Shown here: positions 44,285 to 57,246 of the stretch, in pieces
How positions within the stretch are numbered: the stretch's first letter is position 1
How the letters are laid out: every line of letters starts with the position of its first letter
NCBI RefSeq assembly: GCF_046105845.1
Contig: NZ_CP151004.1
DNA length: 64,000 nt
Reading direction: 5' to 3' (one strand)
Origin: Escherichia coli
GTDB lineage: Bacteria; Pseudomonadota; Gammaproteobacteria; Enterobacterales; Enterobacteriaceae
Translations under genes and position numbers: made by a program
The notes under the pieces: model-generated
Databases searched by the model: none
Seen by the model: the letters and a program-made list of their open reading frames with translations, nothing else
What the model was told of the DNA's origin: nothing

Positions 44285-44461
44285 GTTAATACATTTAACA
44301 AAATAACTGTCTGAACGCTGTGCCGCTGCAAAAACAGTCCCTTGCTGCGGCTTTTTAACCAAATTACCCGATTCTACAAAATCAGCAGAAAGTTACAACA
44401 CTTGCTTAGGGCAATAATTTCCTGTGAGGTGATTACCCTTTCAAGCAATATTCAAACGTAA

Positions 44462-45373
44462 CTATCCTTTAATTTTCGGATCCAGCGCATCGCGTAAACC
44501 ATCACCCAACAAATTGAACGCCAGTACAGTCAGAAAAATAGCCAGGGCCGGAAAAATAGCGACATGCGGCGCGATAACCATATCCGCTCGTGCCTCATTG
44601 AGCATTGCTCCCCACTCTGGTGTCGGCGGCTGCGCACCGAGGCCGAGAAATGACAGGCTGGCGGCAGAGATAATCGAGGTACCGATGCGCATGGTGAAAA
44701 ACACCACGATAGACGAGACAGTCCCGGGCAAGATATGGCGCAATAAGATGGTCATGTCGCTGGCACCAATACTGCGCGCCGATTCAATAAAAGTTTGCTG
44801 TTTCAACACCAGCGTGTTGCCGCGCACCAGTCGGGCAAACGCGGGGATGGAAAAAATGGCGACTGCAATAATCACGTTAGCAATGCCGCTTCCCAACACC
44901 GCAACAACAGCGATCGCCAGTAAAATACCCGGAAAGGCAAACAGCACATCGCAAATGCGCATGATCAGCCGATCCCACCAGCCTTCATAATATCCAGCCA
45001 GCAAACCCAGCAACGTCCCGATCGCCGCACCGATAAACACGGCAAACACACCCGCCGCCAGTGAGATTTGCGCACCAACCAGGACACGGCTGAAAATGTC
45101 ACGCCCCAGTGAATCAACGCCAAACCAGTGCTGCAAAGAAGGTCCGTTATTCAGATTGTCATAATCAAAATAATTTTCGGCGTCATAGGGAGCGATCCAG
45201 CGTGCAAAAATAGCCACCACAATCAATAAAATAACGAACAATGCGGCGGTCATCGCCATATGCTGACGGCGAAATCGTCGCCAGAATTCATGCCACGGTG
45301 TACGTACCTGGTCAGGTTTGACCAGTGGCATGGCGTTTAACACCGCCTGACGTCGCCAGTTAAATAGTCGCAT
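44462..45373 (-). CDS. gsiD: Glutathione ABC transporter permease
   Basis: 303-aa DppC-like permease. Confidence 0.9.
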   Translation of the reverse strand: MRLFNWRRQAVLNAMPLVKPDQVRTPWHEFWRRFRRQHMAMTAALFVILLIVVAIFARWIAPYDAENYFDYDNLNNGPSLQHWFGVDSLGRDIFSRVLVGAQISLAAGVFAVFIGAAIGTLLGLLAGYYEGWWDRLIMRICDVLFAFPGILLAIAVVAVLGSGIANVIIAVAIFSIPAFARLVRGNTLVLKQQTFIESARSIGASDMTILLRHILPGTVSSIVVFFTMRIGTSIISAASLSFLGLGAQPPTPEWGAMLNEARADMVIAPHVAIFPALAIFLTVLAFNLLGDGLRDALDPKIKG

Positions 45374-45375
45374 CC

Positions 45376-46296
45376 TTACTTGTACCTGATAGCCGGGTTA
45401 ATGGCGGCGTAAAGCACATCCACCACTAAGTTGATAAGAATAAATTCCAGCGAGAAAAGCAGAATTTCCGCCTGAATCACCGGGTAATCGCGCATTTCTA
45501 CGGAGTCAACGAGTAAGCGTCCAAGTCCGGGCCAGTTGAAAACTTTCTCCACCACGATGGAACCACCGAGCAAAAAGCCAAACTGTAAGCCCATCATGGT
45601 CACTACCGGGATCATCGCGTTGCGTAGCCCGTGTTTGAGGACAACCCAGGTTTCGCTCACCCCTTTCGCCCTCGCGGTACGCATATAATCTTCGCTTAAA
45701 ACGTCGACAAACGACGCGCGGGTAAAGCGCGCCATCACGGCAGCCACTGCCGCGCCGAGCGTCAGGGAGGGTAAAATGTAGTGCTGCCAACTGTCTGCTC
45801 CCACGGTAGGCAGCCAGCCCAGTTCAACGGAGAATACCTGAATTAAAAGCATCCCCAGCGCAAATGCCGGAAACGAGATCCCCGACACCGCAATGGTCAT
45901 ACTCAATCGATCCGGCCAACGATTACGCCAGACGGCGGCGATAATTCCCGCCGCCATACCAAATATCACCGCCCAGACCATACTGGTTATGGTCAGCCAC
46001 AGCGTTGGCATAAAGCGGCTGGCAATCTCATCGGCAACCGGACGACGCGACACCATCGACAGGCCAAAATCCCCCTGCACAGCATTGCTGATATAGTGCC
46101 AGAACTGGTGATACAGCGGCTGATCCAACCCCAGCTGCTGACGCACCAGTTCTATAACCTGCGCATCAGCTTCGGGCCCGGCAATCAATCGCGCCGGATC
46201 GCCGGGCAACATATGGACAAATAAAAACACCAGCACCGAGACGATAAACAGCGTCGGAATCAACCCCAGTAAGCGTTTGATAACGTAATTAAGCAT
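45376..46296 (-). CDS. gsiC: Glutathione ABC transporter permease
   Basis: 306-aa DppB-like permease. Confidence 0.9.
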   Translation of the reverse strand: MLNYVIKRLLGLIPTLFIVSVLVFLFVHMLPGDPARLIAGPEADAQVIELVRQQLGLDQPLYHQFWHYISNAVQGDFGLSMVSRRPVADEIASRFMPTLWLTITSMVWAVIFGMAAGIIAAVWRNRWPDRLSMTIAVSGISFPAFALGMLLIQVFSVELGWLPTVGADSWQHYILPSLTLGAAVAAVMARFTRASFVDVLSEDYMRTARAKGVSETWVVLKHGLRNAMIPVVTMMGLQFGFLLGGSIVVEKVFNWPGLGRLLVDSVEMRDYPVIQAEILLFSLEFILINLVVDVLYAAINPAIRYK

Positions 46297-46313
46297 TCCA
46301 CTCCCTGCGTTGC

Positions 46314-47852
46314 TTATTGCAAATCCGCGTCTTCAAAGCTGAAGCCGGTGTCTGGCATGATCCAAAAACCGGTCAGGTTTTTACTGTGTGCCGACACCAG
46401 TTTTTCTACCACTAGCGGGATCCACGGCGACTCTTGCCAGATGATATCCTGCGCCGCCTTATATAAACGGGTCTTTTCTGCCGGATCATTAGTTTTCAGT
46501 GCCTGAGCCAGGAAGTCATCCACCTGTTTATTGCTGTAAAACGCGGTATTAAACAGCGTCGGTGGCCAGTTCTGCGATGCAAACAGCGGCGATAGAGCCC
46601 AGTCAGCTTCGCCGGTTGAAGCCGACCAGCCAGTGTAGAACATCCGCACGCCGCTCTCTTTTTGCCCTTTACCTTCAACTTCTGCCGCCCGCTGTCCGGC
46701 ATCCATCGCAGTCACCTGGGCTTTAATCCCGACCTGCGCTAACTGCTGCTGGGTAAATTGCAGCACTTTCTGCGCGGTGCTGTGGTTATGTGACGACCAC
46801 AGCGTGGTACTGAAACCGTTGGGATATCCCGCCTCTTTCAGTAATTCGCGCGCTTTCACTGGATCGTAAGGCCACGGTTTATAACTTTGCGCGTAGGCGA
46901 TACTCGGCGGTACCACACCAGTAGCTGGCTTTGCATAGCCCGCGAAGGCTACTTTCACCAGCGCCGGGCGGTTAATGGCGTAATTCAGCGCCTCACGGAC
47001 CTTCGGGTTATCGAACGGCTTTTGCGTCACGTTCATACTGATATAACGCTGCATAATTGACGGACTGGCCATCAACTCGATATTTTTGTTTTTCTCCAGC
47101 AGTGCGGCCTGCTCGTAGGGAATGGGGAAAGCAAACTGCGCTTCACCGGTTTGCAGCATTGCCGCGCGGGTGTTGTTATCCGCCACCGGACGCCAGGTTA
47201 TGCTGTCCAGTTTGGGCAATCCTGGCTGCCAGTAAGCCGCGAATTTTTTCACCTTCACAAAATCGGTCTGATTCCAGGTATCCAGTTCATACGGCCCGGT
47301 TCCCACTGGATGAAAACCAATCTCCTTGCCATATTTTTCCAGCGCTGCCGGCGAAATCATCGCGGTCGCCGGATGGGCAAGAATATTAATAAACGCTGAG
47401 AACGGCTGTTTGAGGGTAATCTTTACCGTTGTTGGATCGATCGCTTCCGTTTTGGCAATATTCTTATACAGGTTGTAGCGTTTAAGATGATTCGCCGGAT
47501 CGCTGGCCCGGTCCAGATTCGCTTTTACCGCCGCTGCGTTGAAGTCGGTGCCATCCTGGAATTTAATTCCTTCCCGCAATTTCACGGTGTAAGTAAGGCC
47601 GTCATCGGAAACGGTATAACTCTCCGCCAGCACGTTTTTCAGTTTCATCTCTTTATCGAGACCGAACAGCCCCTGGTAAAACGATTTCGCTACGGCCTGA
47701 GATAACGTGTCATTCGCGTCATAGGGATCGAGCGTGGTGAAGTTCGATCCTACCGCCACCACCACATCTTTGGCAGCGAATGCACAAGATGCCATCAACG
47801 CTGTCGCAATGCCCAGCGCCACTAACCCACTACGGTGTACAGCTCTTGCCAT
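46314..47852 (-). CDS. gsiB: Glutathione-binding periplasmic protein
   Basis: Start trimmed to [21 protein letters not shown] signal peptide (ORF track adds 89 codons). Confidence 0.9.
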   Translation of the reverse strand: MARAVHRSGLVALGIATALMASCAFAAKDVVVAVGSNFTTLDPYDANDTLSQAVAKSFYQGLFGLDKEMKLKNVLAESYTVSDDGLTYTVKLREGIKFQDGTDFNAAAVKANLDRASDPANHLKRYNLYKNIAKTEAIDPTTVKITLKQPFSAFINILAHPATAMISPAALEKYGKEIGFHPVGTGPYELDTWNQTDFVKVKKFAAYWQPGLPKLDSITWRPVADNNTRAAMLQTGEAQFAFPIPYEQAALLEKNKNIELMASPSIMQRYISMNVTQKPFDNPKVREALNYAINRPALVKVAFAGYAKPATGVVPPSIAYAQSYKPWPYDPVKARELLKEAGYPNGFSTTLWSSHNHSTAQKVLQFTQQQLAQVGIKAQVTAMDAGQRAAEVEGKGQKESGVRMFYTGWSASTGEADWALSPLFASQNWPPTLFNTAFYSNKQVDDFLAQALKTNDPAEKTRLYKAAQDIIWQESPWIPLVVEKLVSAHSKNLTGFWIMPDTGFSFEDADLQ

Positions 47853-47871
47853 TTTATTCTCCGCCTGAATG

Positions 47872-49743
47872 TTATCTACGCATGAATGCGTATTCTGATT
47901 GTGGTTGTGCGACGTAATGCCCCGGCCCGACGCATTGCAACGAGACAGCTGCAACCTCTTCGCCACGCAGATGAATATTGCTGGGAAGATCGTCCGACAG
48001 CAGTACACGCTGCGGTCGTTGTCGGGACGGTTCCGCGACCGGAACCGCCGCCAGTAATTTACGCGTATAAGGATGCTGCGGGTTTTCGAAGACCGCGCGC
48101 CGTGGACCAATTTCAACAATTTGTCCGAGATACATCACCGCCACACGATGACTAATCCGCTCTACCACGGCCATATCGTGGGAGATAAACAGATACGCAA
48201 TGCCGAAATCACGCTGGAGATCGAGCAACAAGTTGATAATCTGCCCGCGAATAGAAACATCCAGCGCCGAGACGGCTTCATCGGCAATGATCACTTTTGG
48301 ATTCAATGCCAACGCGCGAGCAATGCAGATGCGCTGGCGCTGACCGCCGGAAAACTCATGCGGGTAACGCCAGGCATGTTCAGGTAACAGGCCCACGCGC
48401 TCCAGCAACCACGCAACGCGTGCAGCCGCTTCTTTACCTGGCAATAAACCGTGTACGCGCAGCGGTTCGATAATCGAATCACCGATGGTCTGACGTGGGT
48501 CCAGCGAAGCGTAAGGGTCCTGAAAAATAAACTGAATATCGCGGCGCAATGCCTGAAGTTTACCGGGTGACAAGGTATCGATTCGCTGACCGTTAAAGAT
48601 AATTTCGCCGCCCTGCGATTCGACCAGGCGCAGCAACGCCCGCCCGGTAGTGGATTTACCGCTGCCAGACTCGCCCACCAGCGATAGCGTTTCGCCAGGC
48701 CAGAGATCAAAACTGACTTTCTCAACGGCATGCACTTCCCGCGTTACGCGATTCAACAAACCGCTGCGCAAAGGGAAACGGGTGACCAGATTACGCACCC
48801 GTAAAACAGGTTCGCCATCCACCACCGTTTTCTGCTCGATGGGTGGTTCCTGTTTCGCTGGATGTTCAAGCGATATCAATGGGAAACGTCGGGGATAATC
48901 TAACCCTTTCATCGCACCAAGTTGCGGAACAGCAGCTAACAGCGCACGGGTGTAAGGATGTTGCGGTGCATGAAAAATCTGTTCGACGCTACCCGTTTCC
49001 ACCGCCTCGCCCTGATACATCACCAGTACCCGATCGGCAATCTCTGCCACCACGCCCATATCGTGAGTGATAAAGATAACGCCCATCGACATCTCTTTTT
49101 GCAATACTTTGATTAATTGCAGGATCTGCGCCTGAATAGTGACATCCAGCGCGGTGGTTGGCTCATCGGCAATCAGCACCGCCGGGCGGCATGACAGTGC
49201 CATCGCAATCATCACTCGCTGGCGCATCCCGCCAGAGAGTTGATGCGGATAACGTGAAAGAATGGTTTGTGCCTCCGGAATGCGTACCTGATCCAGCATC
49301 CGCTTCGCCTCGACCATTGCTTCTTCACGACTGGCGTTTTGATGCAGACGAATAGATTCAGCAATCTGTTCACCCACAGTAAATACCGGGTTCAGCGATG
49401 TCATCGGCTCCTGAAATATCATCGCCATATCCGCACCGCGCACATGGCGCATTTGTGCAGCGCTCTGCTCGCTAAGTTCAATCACTTCGCGACTGCGCCG
49501 CCGCAACAGCATTTGATCGCACTGCACTAAACCGCCCGCCTGTTCCAACAGGCGCATCAATGCCAGCGCAGTCACTGACTTACCGGAGCCGGATTCGCCA
49601 ACAATTGCCAGCGTCTCACCACGTTGCAGGCTAAAAGAGAGATTGCGGACCGCAGCTATTTTCTGCTGGTCCTGCATAAAGGCAATATTCAGATTTTCAA
49701 CCGCCAGCACATCACCGGCATCAAGTTCATCACTGTGTGGCAA
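47872..49743 (-). CDS. gsiA: Glutathione ABC transporter ATP-binding protein (tandem ABC domains)
   Basis: Two Walker A motifs (GESGSGKS twice) and two LSGG signatures; annotated length about 623 aa implies a non-ATG start near 49743, so the start is approximate. Confidence 0.85.
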   Translation of the reverse strand: MPHSDELDAGDVLAVENLNIAFMQDQQKIAAVRNLSFSLQRGETLAIVGESGSGKSVTALALMRLLEQAGGLVQCDQMLLRRRSREVIELSEQSAAQMRHVRGADMAMIFQEPMTSLNPVFTVGEQIAESIRLHQNASREEAMVEAKRMLDQVRIPEAQTILSRYPHQLSGGMRQRVMIAMALSCRPAVLIADEPTTALDVTIQAQILQLIKVLQKEMSMGVIFITHDMGVVAEIADRVLVMYQGEAVETGSVEQIFHAPQHPYTRALLAAVPQLGAMKGLDYPRRFPLISLEHPAKQEPPIEQKTVVDGEPVLRVRNLVTRFPLRSGLLNRVTREVHAVEKVSFDLWPGETLSLVGESGSGKSTTGRALLRLVESQGGEIIFNGQRIDTLSPGKLQALRRDIQFIFQDPYASLDPRQTIGDSIIEPLRVHGLLPGKEAAARVAWLLERVGLLPEHAWRYPHEFSGGQRQRICIARALALNPKVIIADEAVSALDVSIRGQIINLLLDLQRDFGIAYLFISHDMAVVERISHRVAVMYLGQIVEIGPRRAVFENPQHPYTRKLLAAVPVAEPSRQRPQRVLLSDDLPSNIHLRGEEVAAVSLQCVGPGHYVAQPQSEYAFMRR

Positions 49744-50695
49744 CGGTGTCCCCTTTTTCACGGTAGATACCGGTGGTTGGCGTATCGCCTGCGTAGCCCC
49801 AGGCGCGATACATTCCTTCGGTGTTAAACGGTAGCGCGATATTACCTTCATGGTCGATAGCGATTAAGCCACCGCTACCGCCAAGCGCAGGGAGTTTTTC
49901 CATTACTACCCGCTCGCAGGCTTCCGCGAGACTTAATCCGCCGTAATCCATTAACGCGGCGATGTCATATGCCGCCAGCGCGCGGATGAAGACTTCGCCC
50001 GTGCCGGTACATGAAACCGCCACACTGGCGTTATTGGCGTAGCATCCGGCCCCCACTAAGGGACTATCGCCAACTCGTCCGGGTAATTTATTGGTCATTC
50101 CGCCTGTGGACGTGGCTGCCGCCAGATTGCCGTCTAAATCCAACGCCACGGCCCCCACGGTGCCCATTTTCTGTTTTTCATCCAGTGGCGCACCGCTATG
50201 GTCGAGGACCATTTCCCCTTCCTCGCGCGCTGCCAGTAGTTGTTCATAACGCAAAGGCGTGGAGAAAATCTCCGGCGAGACGCGCTCCATGCCATGAGCA
50301 AACGCAAAATTTTCTGCCCCTTCGCCAATCATCATCACATGCGGGCTCTGCTCCATCACCAGCCGGGCGGCAAGAACCGGATTACGCAGATGACTAACGC
50401 CCGCCACCGCACCGGCTTTCAGGGTGTTACCATCCATCACACAGGCGTCCAGTTCATGGGTTTCATCACGCGTAAAGACAGCGCCAATTCCGGCGTTAAA
50501 CAGTGGACACTCTTCCAGCAGACGCACCGCTTCCGTCACCACATCCAGCGCACTTTCGCCCGCTTCCAGCATTTTCTGCCCGGTTTCAACAATGGCAGAC
50601 AGCGCCTCGATGTAGCGTAATTCCTGTTGCAGACTCATCTGCGCGCGGCTAATTGCACCTGCGCCGCCATGAATTGCAATGACTGCTTTGCCCAT
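49730..50695 (-). CDS. iaaA: Isoaspartyl dipeptidase / L-asparaginase family (Ntn hydrolase)
   Basis: 321 aa; GTVGAVA autoproteolytic threonine region; first gene of iaaA-gsiABCD. Confidence 0.9.
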   Translation of the reverse strand: MGKAVIAIHGGAGAISRAQMSLQQELRYIEALSAIVETGQKMLEAGESALDVVTEAVRLLEECPLFNAGIGAVFTRDETHELDACVMDGNTLKAGAVAGVSHLRNPVLAARLVMEQSPHVMMIGEGAENFAFAHGMERVSPEIFSTPLRYEQLLAAREEGEMVLDHSGAPLDEKQKMGTVGAVALDLDGNLAAATSTGGMTNKLPGRVGDSPLVGAGCYANNASVAVSCTGTGEVFIRALAAYDIAALMDYGGLSLAEACERVVMEKLPALGGSGGLIAIDHEGNIALPFNTEGMYRAWGYAGDTPTTGIYREKGDTVATQ

Positions 50696-50898
50696 AGTAT
50701 TCGTCCATTAAGGGTGGCTCGCCACTTTTGCTATAAATATCAGAATTTTTATGAATTACTCATTCAATTTTTGAATATAGAAAGATGGATATGGCATGTA
50801 AAGGCAGGAGCCAGCGCTACGCCCGAGGTGGCATACAGTCTGTGGCGTTTTTCTGACATAATAGGCAAATTCGATTTTGCCTCCGCAGGAGTGTTTTC

Positions 50899-52134
50899 AT
50901 GGAATTTACCACCGGATTGATGTCGCTCGACACCGCGCTTAATGAGATGCTTTCTCGCGTTACCCCACTGACCGCCCAGGAAACGCTGCCACTGGTACAG
51001 TGTTTTGGTCGTATTCTGGCGAGCGATGTCGTTTCGCCACTGGATGTCCCGGGGTTTGATAACTCCGCTATGGACGGCTACGCGGTGCGTTTAGCCGATA
51101 TTGCCTCCGGGCAACCGCTGCCCGTTGCCGGTAAATCCTTTGCCGGTCAGCCGTACCATGGTGAATGGCCTGCGGGTACCTGCATTCGTATTATGACCGG
51201 TGCGCCGGTGCCGGAAGGCTGCGAAGCGGTGGTGATGCAGGAACAGACCGAACAGACTGACGCTGGCGTGCGTTTTACTGCTGAAGTGCGTAGCGGGCAA
51301 AATATTCGCCGTCGCGGTGAAGATATCTCTGCGGGTGCGGTTGTTTTCCCGGCGGGAACTCGCCTGACTACCGCAGAGCTGCCAGTAATTGCTTCACTGG
51401 GGATTGCCGAAGTTCCGGTGATTCGTAAAGTGCGTGTAGCGCTGTTTTCTACCGGTGATGAACTCCAGTTGCCAGGCCAGCCGCTGGGCGACGGCCAAAT
51501 CTACGATACCAACCGTCTCGCCGTACACCTGATGTTAGAACAGCTGGGATGCGAGGTAATCAACTTAGGGATTATCCGCGACGATCCTCATGCCCTGCGC
51601 GCCGCATTTATTGAAGCCGATAGCCAGGCGGATGTGGTGATCAGTTCCGGCGGTGTTTCAGTGGGTGAAGCGGATTACACCAAAACCATTCTTGAAGAGC
51701 TGGGGGAGATCGCCTTCTGGAAGCTGGCGATTAAACCGGGTAAACCGTTCGCGTTCGGTAAACTTTCTAATAGTTGGTTCTGCGGCCTGCCGGGCAACCC
51801 GGTTTCAGCAACGCTGACCTTCTATCAACTGGTACAGCCTTTGCTGGCAAAACTAAGCGGCAATACCGCCAGCGGCCTGCCCGCGCGCCAGCGTGTGCGC
51901 ACGGCATCGCCTCTGAAGAAATCGCCAGGACGCCTTGATTTCCAGCGCGGTGTGCTGCAACGCAACGCCGATGGCGAACTGGAAGTGACGACCACCGGGC
52001 ATCAGGGTTCACATATATTTAGCTCCTTTAGCCTCGGCAACTGCTTTATCGTACTGGAGCGCGAGCGCGGCAATGTGGAAGTGGGCGAATGGGTGGAAGT
52101 AGAACCGTTTAACGCGTTGTTCGGAGGCCTGTAA
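50899..52134 (+). CDS. moeA: Molybdopterin molybdenumtransferase
   Basis: 411 aa; recognised MoeA. Confidence 0.93.
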   Translation: MEFTTGLMSLDTALNEMLSRVTPLTAQETLPLVQCFGRILASDVVSPLDVPGFDNSAMDGYAVRLADIASGQPLPVAGKSFAGQPYHGEWPAGTCIRIMTGAPVPEGCEAVVMQEQTEQTDAGVRFTAEVRSGQNIRRRGEDISAGAVVFPAGTRLTTAELPVIASLGIAEVPVIRKVRVALFSTGDELQLPGQPLGDGQIYDTNRLAVHLMLEQLGCEVINLGIIRDDPHALRAAFIEADSQADVVISSGGVSVGEADYTKTILEELGEIAFWKLAIKPGKPFAFGKLSNSWFCGLPGNPVSATLTFYQLVQPLLAKLSGNTASGLPARQRVRTASPLKKSPGRLDFQRGVLQRNADGELEVTTTGHQGSHIFSSFSLGNCFIVLERERGNVEVGEWVEVEPFNALFGGL

Positions 52135-52883
52135 TGGCGGAACTCAGCGATCAGGAGATGCTGCGCTACAACCGGCAAATCATTCTGCGCGGTTTTGATT
52201 TTGACGGTCAGGAGGCGCTAAAAGATTCTCGTGTGCTGATCGTCGGCCTCGGTGGACTCGGCTGTGCAGCTTCGCAGTATCTGGCAAGCGCCGGTGTCGG
52301 CAACCTGACGCTGCTCGACTTCGACACGGTTTCGCTCTCGAATCTGCAACGCCAGACGCTGCACAGTGATGCCACGATCGGGCAACCGAAGGTGGAATCC
52401 GCCCGTGACGCCCTGACGCGGATCAACCCACATATCGCGATTACGCCAGTCAATGCACTGCTGGATGACGCAGAACTTGCAGCATTGATTGCTGAACACG
52501 ATCTGGTGCTCGACTGTACGGATAACGTTGCGGTGCGCAATCAACTGAACGCAGGCTGTTTTGCCGCGAAGGTGCCGCTGGTTTCCGGCGCGGCAATTCG
52601 TATGGAAGGTCAAATCACGGTCTTCACTTATCAGGACGGCGAGCCTTGCTATCGCTGCCTTAGCCGTTTGTTTGGCGAGAACGCGTTAACCTGCGTAGAA
52701 GCAGGCGTGATGGCACCGTTGATCGGCGTAATTGGTTCGTTGCAGGCAATGGAAGCGATCAAACTGCTGGCAGGTTATGGCAAACCGGCCAGCGGGAAAA
52801 TCGTCATGTACGATGCGATGACCTGTCAGTTTCGTGAAATGAAACTGATGCGCAATCCGGGGTGTGAGGTGTGCGGGCAGTAA
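52134..52883 (+). CDS. moeB: Molybdopterin-synthase adenylyltransferase
   Basis: ThiF/MoeB fold GLGGLG; C-terminal CxxC...CxxC; overlaps moeA stop. Confidence 0.93.
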   Translation: MAELSDQEMLRYNRQIILRGFDFDGQEALKDSRVLIVGLGGLGCAASQYLASAGVGNLTLLDFDTVSLSNLQRQTLHSDATIGQPKVESARDALTRINPHIAITPVNALLDDAELAALIAEHDLVLDCTDNVAVRNQLNAGCFAAKVPLVSGAAIRMEGQITVFTYQDGEPCYRCLSRLFGENALTCVEAGVMAPLIGVIGSLQAMEAIKLLAGYGKPASGKIVMYDAMTCQFREMKLMRNPGCEVCGQ

Positions 52884-52970
52884 TTGCCACCTCCAGGCCT
52901 GATAAGACGTGGCAGGCATCGGTGCACTCCGCCACGTCATCAGCAATTTATGAGGATGCAGAACGTCCGG

Positions 52971-53633
52971 TTAAATCGACGTTCTGCCAAACGCTCCCTG
53001 CCAGTCCTGCTCAAACTTCGCCACAGCGGCATCAACCGCCGGATAGCTAATCATCTGTTGTGCCACATCCAGTGGCAGAGTAATTGATTCACATCCTGCC
53101 AGTAAGCAGTCCAGCGCCTGACGCGGGGTTTTGAAACTCGCTGCCAGCACTTTCGCCTGCGGCGCATGCATTTTCAATAACTGGTGTAAGTCGGTCACAG
53201 TCTGAATGCCGCTACCGCCCTGAGCATCAATACGATTAACGTAAGGCGCAACATATTCCGCACCTGCCAGCGCCGACAGCAGCCCTTGTGCTGCGCCATA
53301 TACCGCGGTTCCCAGCGTCGGAATCCCTTCCGCTTTTAACATATTAATCGCTGCCAGCCCCTCGGCGGTCACCGGAACTTTCACCACGATATCCGCAATA
53401 ATAGAACGCAATTTACGTGCGTCATTCACCATCCCTTCGGCTGTGGTAGCCATCACCTGGGCAAACAGACGCCCCTGACCGCCCATCGCCTCGTGAAGTT
53501 CCGGAAGTACAACGTCCAGCGGTTTCTTACCCGCTGCGATAATGCTTGGGTTAGTGGTCACACCCGCCAGCGGAAAAATACGTGACAGCGCCTTCACCGC
53601 AACAACGTCTGAAGTATCCAGATACAGTTCCAT
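52971..53633 (-). CDS. fsaA: Fructose-6-phosphate aldolase 1
   Basis: Start trimmed to [10 protein letters not shown]; transaldolase-like; 220 aa. Confidence 0.9.
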   Translation of the reverse strand: MELYLDTSDVVAVKALSRIFPLAGVTTNPSIIAAGKKPLDVVLPELHEAMGGQGRLFAQVMATTAEGMVNDARKLRSIIADIVVKVPVTAEGLAAINMLKAEGIPTLGTAVYGAAQGLLSALAGAEYVAPYVNRIDAQGGSGIQTVTDLHQLLKMHAPQAKVLAASFKTPRQALDCLLAGCESITLPLDVAQQMISYPAVDAAVAKFEQDWQGAFGRTSI

Positions 53634-53763
53634 AACCATCCTCAAAATGTACTTTTTGTCTGAATGTAGACTATCACGGGAAAACTCTCTGAACAGTTGA
53701 CGCACATCAATCTAACTTTCATTCGAAAGTATTTTAATGTTTGAACGAAACAGAGAGGCAACT

Positions 53764-54663
53764 ATGATTTTCAATATTCAGCGCTACTCGACCCATGATG
53801 GCCCCGGTATCCGCACGGTCGTATTTCTTAAAGGCTGTTCGCTGGGCTGCCGCTGGTGTCAGAACCCGGAAAGCCGCGCCCGCACGCAGGATCTGCTGTA
53901 TGACGCACGTCTGTGTCTGGAAGGCTGCGAGCTGTGCGCTAAGGCCGCGCCGGAAGTGATTGAGCGCGCGCTGAATGGCTTGCTTATTCATCGGGAAAAG
54001 TTAACCCCGGAGCATCTGACAGCGTTAACCGACTGCTGCCCGACACAGGCGTTAACCGTATGTGGTGAAGTGAAAAGCGTTGAGGAGATAATGAAGACCG
54101 TTCTGCGCGATAAACCGTTTTACGATCGCAGCGGCGGCGGCTTAACGCTTTCTGGCGGTGAACCCTTTATGCAGCCGGAAATGGCGATGGCGCTACTGCA
54201 AGCCAGCCACGAGGCAGGCATTCATACTGCGGTAGAAACCTGTCTGCATGTGCCGTGGAAATATATCGCCCCTTCTCTGCCCTATATCGATCTGTTTCTT
54301 GCCGATTTAAAACACGTTGCCGACGCACCGTTTAAACAGTGGACCGACGGTAATGCCGCCAGGGTGCTGGATAACCTGAAAAAACTCGCCGCAGCGGGCA
54401 AAAAAATCATTATCCGCGTGCCGCTGATTCAGGGCTTTAATGCCGACGAAACCTCTGTAAAAGCCATTACCGATTTTGCCGCCGACGAGCTGCACGTTGG
54501 CGAAATTCATTTCCTGCCCTACCACACGCTGGGCATCAACAAATATCACTTACTTAATCTGCCCTATGACGCCCCGGAAAAACCGCTTGATGCGCCAGAA
54601 CTGCTCGACTTTGCCCAGCAGTATGCCTGCCAGAAAGGGTTAACCGCGACCTTACGAGGATAA
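53764..54663 (+). CDS. pflE: Glycyl-radical enzyme activating protein (radical SAM) PflE/YbiY
   Basis: CxxxCxxC motif (CSLGCRWC) plus extra Cys clusters; start could instead be 53737. Confidence 0.85.
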   Translation: MIFNIQRYSTHDGPGIRTVVFLKGCSLGCRWCQNPESRARTQDLLYDARLCLEGCELCAKAAPEVIERALNGLLIHREKLTPEHLTALTDCCPTQALTVCGEVKSVEEIMKTVLRDKPFYDRSGGGLTLSGGEPFMQPEMAMALLQASHEAGIHTAVETCLHVPWKYIAPSLPYIDLFLADLKHVADAPFKQWTDGNAARVLDNLKKLAAAGKKIIIRVPLIQGFNADETSVKAITDFAADELHVGEIHFLPYHTLGINKYHLLNLPYDAPEKPLDAPELLDFAQQYACQKGLTATLRG

Positions 54664-54668
54664 CAACC

Positions 54669-57101
54669 ATGACCACACTGAAACTGGATACGCTCAGCGA
54701 CCGCATTAAAGCGCACAAAAATGCGCTGGTGCATATTGTGAAACCGCCGGTCTGTACCGAGCGCGCGCAGCACTATACTGAGATGTATCAACAACATCTC
54801 GATAAGCCGATCCCGGTACGTCGCGCGCTGGCGCTGGCGCATCACCTGGCGAATCGCACCATCTGGATCAAGCACGATGAGTTGATCATTGGCAACCAGG
54901 CAAGCGAAGTTCGCGCCGCGCCGATCTTCCCGGAATATACCGTCTCCTGGATCGAAAAAGAGATTGATGATCTGGCGGATCGTCCGGGTGCTGGTTTTGC
55001 GGTGAGCGAAGAGAACAAACGTGTTCTGCATGAAGTGTGCCCTTGGTGGCGCGGTCAGACGGTACAGGATCGCTGCTACGGCATGTTTACCGATGAGCAA
55101 AAAGGTCTGCTGGCGACCGGAATCATTAAAGCGGAAGGCAATATGACCTCCGGCGATGCGCACCTGGCGGTGAATTTCCCGCTACTGCTGGAAAAAGGTC
55201 TTGATGGTCTGCGCGAGAAAGTAGCGGAACGTCGCTCGCGCATCAACCTGACGGTGCTGGAAGATTTGCACGGCGAGCAGTTCCTGAAAGCGATTGATAT
55301 CGTGCTGGTGGCAGTCAGTGAACACATTGAACGTTTCGCTGCCCTGGCGCGTGAAATGGCAGCCACTGAAACCCGCGAAAGCCGTCGCGATGAACTGCTG
55401 GCGATAGCAGAAAACTGCGATCTTATCGCCCACCAGCCGCCGCAGACTTTCTGGCAGGCGCTGCAACTGTGTTACTTCATCCAGTTGATTTTGCAGATCG
55501 AATCTAACGGTCACTCGGTATCGTTTGGTCGTATGGACCAGTATCTCTACCCGTACTATCGCCGCGACGTTGAACTGAACCAGACACTGGATCGCGAACA
55601 TGCCATCGAGATGCTGCATAGCTGCTGGTTGAAACTGCTGGAAGTGAACAAAATCCGCTCCGGCTCGCACTCGAAAGCCTCTGCGGGAAGTCCGCTGTAT
55701 CAGAACGTCACCATTGGCGGACAAAATCTGGTTGATGGTCAACCAATGGACGCGGTGAATCCACTCTCTTACGCGATCCTCGAATCCTGCGGTCGCCTGC
55801 GTTCCACTCAGCCTAACCTCAGCGTGCGTTACCATGCAGGAATGAGCAACGATTTCCTCGACGCCTGCGTACAGGTGATCCGTTGCGGCTTCGGGATGCC
55901 GGCGTTCAACAACGACGAAATCGTGATCCCGGAATTTATTAAACTCGGTATTGAACCGCAGGACGCTTACGACTATGCAGCGATTGGTTGTATCGAAACC
56001 GCCGTCGGTGGCAAATGGGGCTATCGCTGTACCGGCATGAGCTTTATCAACTTCGCCCGTGTGATGCTGGCGGCGCTGGAAGGCGGTCGTGATGCCACCA
56101 GCGGCAAAGTGTTCCTGCCACAAGAAAAAGCGTTGTCGGCAGGTAACTTCAACAACTTCGATGAAGTGATGGACGCGTGGGATACGCAAATCCGTTACTA
56201 CACGCGTAAATCAATCGAAATCGAATATGTCGTTGACACCATGCTGGAAGAGAACGTGCACGATATTCTCTGCTCGGCGCTGGTGGATGACTGTATTGAG
56301 CGAGCGAAAAGCATCAAGCAAGGCGGCGCGAAATATGACTGGGTTTCTGGCCTGCAGGTTGGCATTGCCAACCTCGGCAACAGCCTGGCGGCAGTGAAGA
56401 AACTGGTATTTGAACAGGGCGCGATTGGTCAGCAACAACTGGCTGCCGCACTGGCGGATGACTTCGATGGCCTGACTCATGAGCAACTGCGTCAGCGGCT
56501 GATTAACGGTGCGCCGAAGTACGGCAACGACGATGATACCGTCGATACGCTGCTGGCTCGCGCTTATCAGACCTATATCGACGAACTGAAACAGTACCAT
56601 AACCCACGCTACGGTCGTGGTCCGGTTGGCGGCAACTATTACGCGGGTACGTCGTCTATCTCCGCTAACGTACCGTTTGGCGCGCAGACTATGGCAACAC
56701 CGGACGGGCGCAAAGCCCACACCCCGCTGGCAGAAGGCGCAAGCCCGGCTTCCGGTACTGATCATCTTGGCCCTACTGCGGTCATTGGCTCAGTGGGTAA
56801 ACTGCCTACGGCCGCGATTCTCGGCGGCGTGCTGCTCAACCAGAAACTGAATCCAGCAACGCTGGAGAACGAATCTGACAAGCAGAAACTGATGATCCTG
56901 CTACGCACCTTCTTTGAAGTGCATAAAGGCTGGCATATTCAGTACAACATCGTTTCCCGCGAAACGCTGCTGGAAGCGAAAAAACATCCGGATCAGTACC
57001 GCGATCTGGTAGTGCGTGTCGCGGGTTATTCCGCCTTCTTCACTGCGCTCTCTCCAGACGCACAGGACGATATCATCGCCCGTACTGAACATATGCTGTA
57101 A
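54669..57101 (+). CDS. pflF: Glycyl-radical enzyme (pyruvate formate-lyase homolog) PflF/YbiW
   Basis: 810 aa; C-terminal glycyl-radical motif ([10 protein letters not shown]). Confidence 0.9.
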   Translation: MTTLKLDTLSDRIKAHKNALVHIVKPPVCTERAQHYTEMYQQHLDKPIPVRRALALAHHLANRTIWIKHDELIIGNQASEVRAAPIFPEYTVSWIEKEIDDLADRPGAGFAVSEENKRVLHEVCPWWRGQTVQDRCYGMFTDEQKGLLATGIIKAEGNMTSGDAHLAVNFPLLLEKGLDGLREKVAERRSRINLTVLEDLHGEQFLKAIDIVLVAVSEHIERFAALAREMAATETRESRRDELLAIAENCDLIAHQPPQTFWQALQLCYFIQLILQIESNGHSVSFGRMDQYLYPYYRRDVELNQTLDREHAIEMLHSCWLKLLEVNKIRSGSHSKASAGSPLYQNVTIGGQNLVDGQPMDAVNPLSYAILESCGRLRSTQPNLSVRYHAGMSNDFLDACVQVIRCGFGMPAFNNDEIVIPEFIKLGIEPQDAYDYAAIGCIETAVGGKWGYRCTGMSFINFARVMLAALEGGRDATSGKVFLPQEKALSAGNFNNFDEVMDAWDTQIRYYTRKSIEIEYVVDTMLEENVHDILCSALVDDCIERAKSIKQGGAKYDWVSGLQVGIANLGNSLAAVKKLVFEQGAIGQQQLAAALADDFDGLTHEQLRQRLINGAPKYGNDDDTVDTLLARAYQTYIDELKQYHNPRYGRGPVGGNYYAGTSSISANVPFGAQTMATPDGRKAHTPLAEGASPASGTDHLGPTAVIGSVGKLPTAAILGGVLLNQKLNPATLENESDKQKLMILLRTFFEVHKGWHIQYNIVSRETLLEAKKHPDQYRDLVVRVAGYSAFFTALSPDAQDDIIARTEHML

Positions 57102-57246
57102 CTCTTCCGCCCGGCGGCCACCGTCGCCGGGCCAAATCATTCACATCATCAATTTCAGCCTCGCTTTCATTCGAAATATAATTTGTGCTCTGCGTCACAT
57201 TGTTATTACACTGTTACGGTTTCATTTTCGAGCCAGGAGCACACCT

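Noticed and set aside
55182-56189. 335-aa minus-strand ORF inside pflF
   Set aside because: Antisense shadow ORF within a conserved glycyl-radical enzyme gene.
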